Positions 61,633-64,000 of a stretch of 64,000 bases of DNA are shown here, piece by piece. Positions within the stretch are counted from its first letter, which is position 1. Each line of letters starts with the position of its first letter. The notes beneath the pieces were generated by a model that was given only the letters and a program-made list of their open reading frames with translations, did no database searches and was not told the DNA's origin. Source of the stretch: Escherichia phage UP19. The position numbers and the translations under genes are program-made. The stretch is taken from sequence record OX638288. One strand, given 5' to 3'.

Positions 61633-62760
61633 ATGGCTTTTACTGTAAGTATAGCCGGCACAGCGTCTATTAAAATAGGCGAAAGTGCTAACTACACTGC
61701 TACCGCAACAGGTGCAGCTGTAGAAGGAACCATTACATATGTATGGTCTATTGATGGTGCTTCTAATCCAGAAGCAACCAATGTTTTGAAATATACAGGT
61801 GCTTCACCTGCAGGTAAGAAAGTTTTAAAAGTAGTAGCAACTTCTACTCCAGCTGAAGGCGAACCTGAGGTAGCTGAAGATACTTTTGAAGTTACCGTAG
61901 CTAATAAGACCATGTCTATTTCTTTGGCTTTGGACCCTATTTCTGTTTCTAAAGAAGTTGGCCAATCTCAAGTTGTTACTGCTAACGTGACGGGTGCACC
62001 TGCAGGTGCAACAATCGCTTATGTTTGGAAACGTAACACTAGCGTAATATCAGGTCAAACCGGTAAAACTATTACCATAACCGAAGCGGCGGAAGCAAAT
62101 TACACTTTGAACTGTGAAGTTACTGTTACCGCCCCTGAATATGACCCGGCTACCGCTACCAAAGGTGTTGCGGTAACTTTTGTTAAGAAAACTATGTCAG
62201 GTGTTTCTGTTACTTTAACGCCAACCTCTATTAATGTTCCTGAAGGAACTCCGGCTTCTTTTAAAGCTACCGTAGTCGGCGCACCTGCTGGTGCTACTTT
62301 TGCTTATTCTTGGAAGAAAGACGGTTCATCAGTCGCAGGTGCCACAGATACTTTAGTGGTTGATACTAGTGCTGAAGGTTCGCAGGTTATTGAAGTTTCT
62401 GTTGTTGTTTCGGCTACCAACTATAATCCTGTGACCGTCACAAAATCCGGTAATGTAACAATTACGGCTAAAGTCGCTCCTGAACCGGAAGGTGAACTAC
62501 CTTATGTACACCCACTTCCTGTTCGTAATTCAGCGTATATTTGGGCCGGCTGGTGGGTTATGGATGAAATCCAGAAAATGACCCTTGAAGGTAAAGACTG
62601 GAAAACTGATGACCCTGATAGCGATTATTATCTCCATCGCTATACTCTTCAAAAAATGGTTGCCGATTATCCAGAGGTTGATGTACAAGAATCACGTAAT
62701 GGAAGAATTATCCATCGCACCGCTTTAGAAGCTGGTATTATATACGATTACGTTTATTAA
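61633..62760 (+). CDS. hoc: Hoc highly immunogenic outer capsid protein
   Basis: 375 aa (T4 Hoc 376 aa); three Ig-like repeats then C-terminal capsid-binding domain. Confidence 0.85.
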   Translation: MAFTVSIAGTASIKIGESANYTATATGAAVEGTITYVWSIDGASNPEATNVLKYTGASPAGKKVLKVVATSTPAEGEPEVAEDTFEVTVANKTMSISLALDPISVSKEVGQSQVVTANVTGAPAGATIAYVWKRNTSVISGQTGKTITITEAAEANYTLNCEVTVTAPEYDPATATKGVAVTFVKKTMSGVSVTLTPTSINVPEGTPASFKATVVGAPAGATFAYSWKKDGSSVAGATDTLVVDTSAEGSQVIEVSVVVSATNYNPVTVTKSGNVTITAKVAPEPEGELPYVHPLPVRNSAYIWAGWWVMDEIQKMTLEGKDWKTDDPDSDYYLHRYTLQKMVADYPEVDVQESRNGRIIHRTALEAGIIYDYVY

Positions 62761-62763
62761 TTA

Positions 62764-62784
62764 AGGGCCGCAAGGCCCATTTTG
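62764..62784 (+). terminator. hairpin plus T-run after hoc
   Basis: GGGCC-GCAA-GGCCC ATTTTG. Confidence 0.45.
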
Positions 62785-62863
62785 CATTAAAGTACAAAAT
62801 TCCTGTTTACAAGTTAAAAATTCTATGTTAAGATGGATTTACCAACTCAACTAGAGAATTGTT

Positions 62864-63073
62864 ATGGATAAGATTAAAGTACATTTTTTACACGAATCCG
62901 GGTTGAATTTTATAGAAATTGCTAAAAAAATGGGCGGGACCGCTAAAGACATGGCCAAAACATGGGTTGATGTGGAACAAGCCAAAGAGAAATTTAAAAC
63001 AAAAGAGAAAGTGGTATATCGTAAACGTCTAATCAATAAGGTTCGGCGCAAAGCGCGTTCTAGTTCAAAGTAA
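62864..63073 (+). CDS. hypothetical small basic protein
   Basis: 69 aa ORF, lysine/arginine-rich C-terminus. Confidence 0.45.
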   Translation: MDKIKVHFLHESGLNFIEIAKKMGGTAKDMAKTWVDVEQAKEKFKTKEKVVYRKRLINKVRRKARSSSK

Positions 63074-63188
63074 TATGCTTTAAATTTACGTGTGTTATAA
63101 TGGGTCTAGGTCCTTCCGTTAAACCATTTGGCTTGGTGACAGAAGATTACTAGCTCTTCTATTTAATTATATTTATTATGGTGATTTA

Positions 63189-64000
63189 TGTTCAAGAAAT
63201 ATAGCAGTCTCGAAAACCACTACAACAATAAGTTTATCGAAAAACTCCGTACCAATGGTTTGACTGGCGGTGAATGGGTAGCACGTGAGAAGATTCATGG
63301 AACCAACTTTAGTTTAATCATAGAACGTGACGCAGTCACATGCGCCAAGCGCACTGGCCCAATTCTCCCAGCCGAAGATTTCTTTGGTTATGAAATTGTT
63401 TTAAAGAATTATGCTGATTCCATTAAAGCAGTACAAGATATCATGGAAACTTCAGCTGCTGTATCTTATCAAGTTTTTGGTGAACTAGCCGGGCCTGGCA
63501 TTCAGAAGAATGTTGATTATGGTGATAAAGATTTTTATGTATTTGACATTATTGTTACCACAGAAAGTGGCGATGTGACTTATGTCGATGATTATATGTT
63601 GGAATCATTCTGTAAGACATTTCGATTTAAAGTTGCCCCACTTTTAGGCCGTGGTAAATTTGAAGACCTTATTAAATTGCCAAATGATTTAGATTCTGTC
63701 GTCCAAGATTATAATTTTATGGTAGATAATGTTGGGCTAATCGAAGCTAACGCTCATGTGTGGAATGCCGAAGCAAAAGGCGAAGTATTTACCGCTGAAG
63801 GGTACGTATTAAAACCCTGTTATCCACTCTGGCTCCCTAATGGAAATCGTGTAGCGATTAAATGTAAGAACTCTAAATTCAGTGAGAAGAAAAAATCTGA
63901 TAAGCCTATTAAAGTTGCAGTGGTTTTATCCCAAGATGATATGGATTTGATGTGGCAATTCACTGATTATGTGACTGTTAACCGTATTAACAACGTTATC
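63189..64000 (+). CDS. rnlB: RNA ligase 2 (Rnl2, gp24.1), 3'-truncated by window end
   Basis: [19 protein letters not shown]...[64 protein letters not shown] matches recalled T4 Rnl2; ORF runs off window end. Confidence 0.9.

Overview
The window is a contiguous ~64 kb segment of a T4-like (Tevenvirinae) myovirus genome, colinear with the phage T4 map from rIIA to hoc/rnlB. Gene identities rest on my recall of T4 protein sequences, sizes and gene order; no database search was run. In order: rIIA, rIIB, ndd, topoisomerase gp52, motA, asiA, holin t (-), gp38-gp34 long tail fibre genes (-), rnh, dsbA, 33, 59, 32, frd, td, nrdA, nrdB, denA, rnlA (63), spanins, pseT, cd, 31, rIII, DNA ligase 30, two tandem alt paralogs, baseplate hub genes 54-48-29-28-27-51 (-), 26, 25, uvsY, an HNH endonuclease (-), uvsW (-), hoc, and the 5' part of rnlB. 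Early genes carry GTTTAC-type promoters, many embedded in stem-loop cassettes (PeSL-like); late genes carry TATAAATA promoters; UUCG-tetraloop hairpins act as terminators. I do not see a clearly novel multi-gene system. The loci most worth follow-up are: a tandem ~300 bp duplication encoding small hydrophobic peptides between ndd and gene 52; other small membrane-peptide ORFs below the 60-codon track cutoff; the tandem divergent Alt paralogs with a nearby NADAR-like gene; an HNH/NUMOD3 endonuclease next to uvsW; a DUF4326-like ORF after an intron-less td; and a 350 bp ORF-free block downstream of rIII. Start codons I moved from the ORF track were set by frame arithmetic; coordinates of regulatory motifs are approximate (+/- 2 bp).
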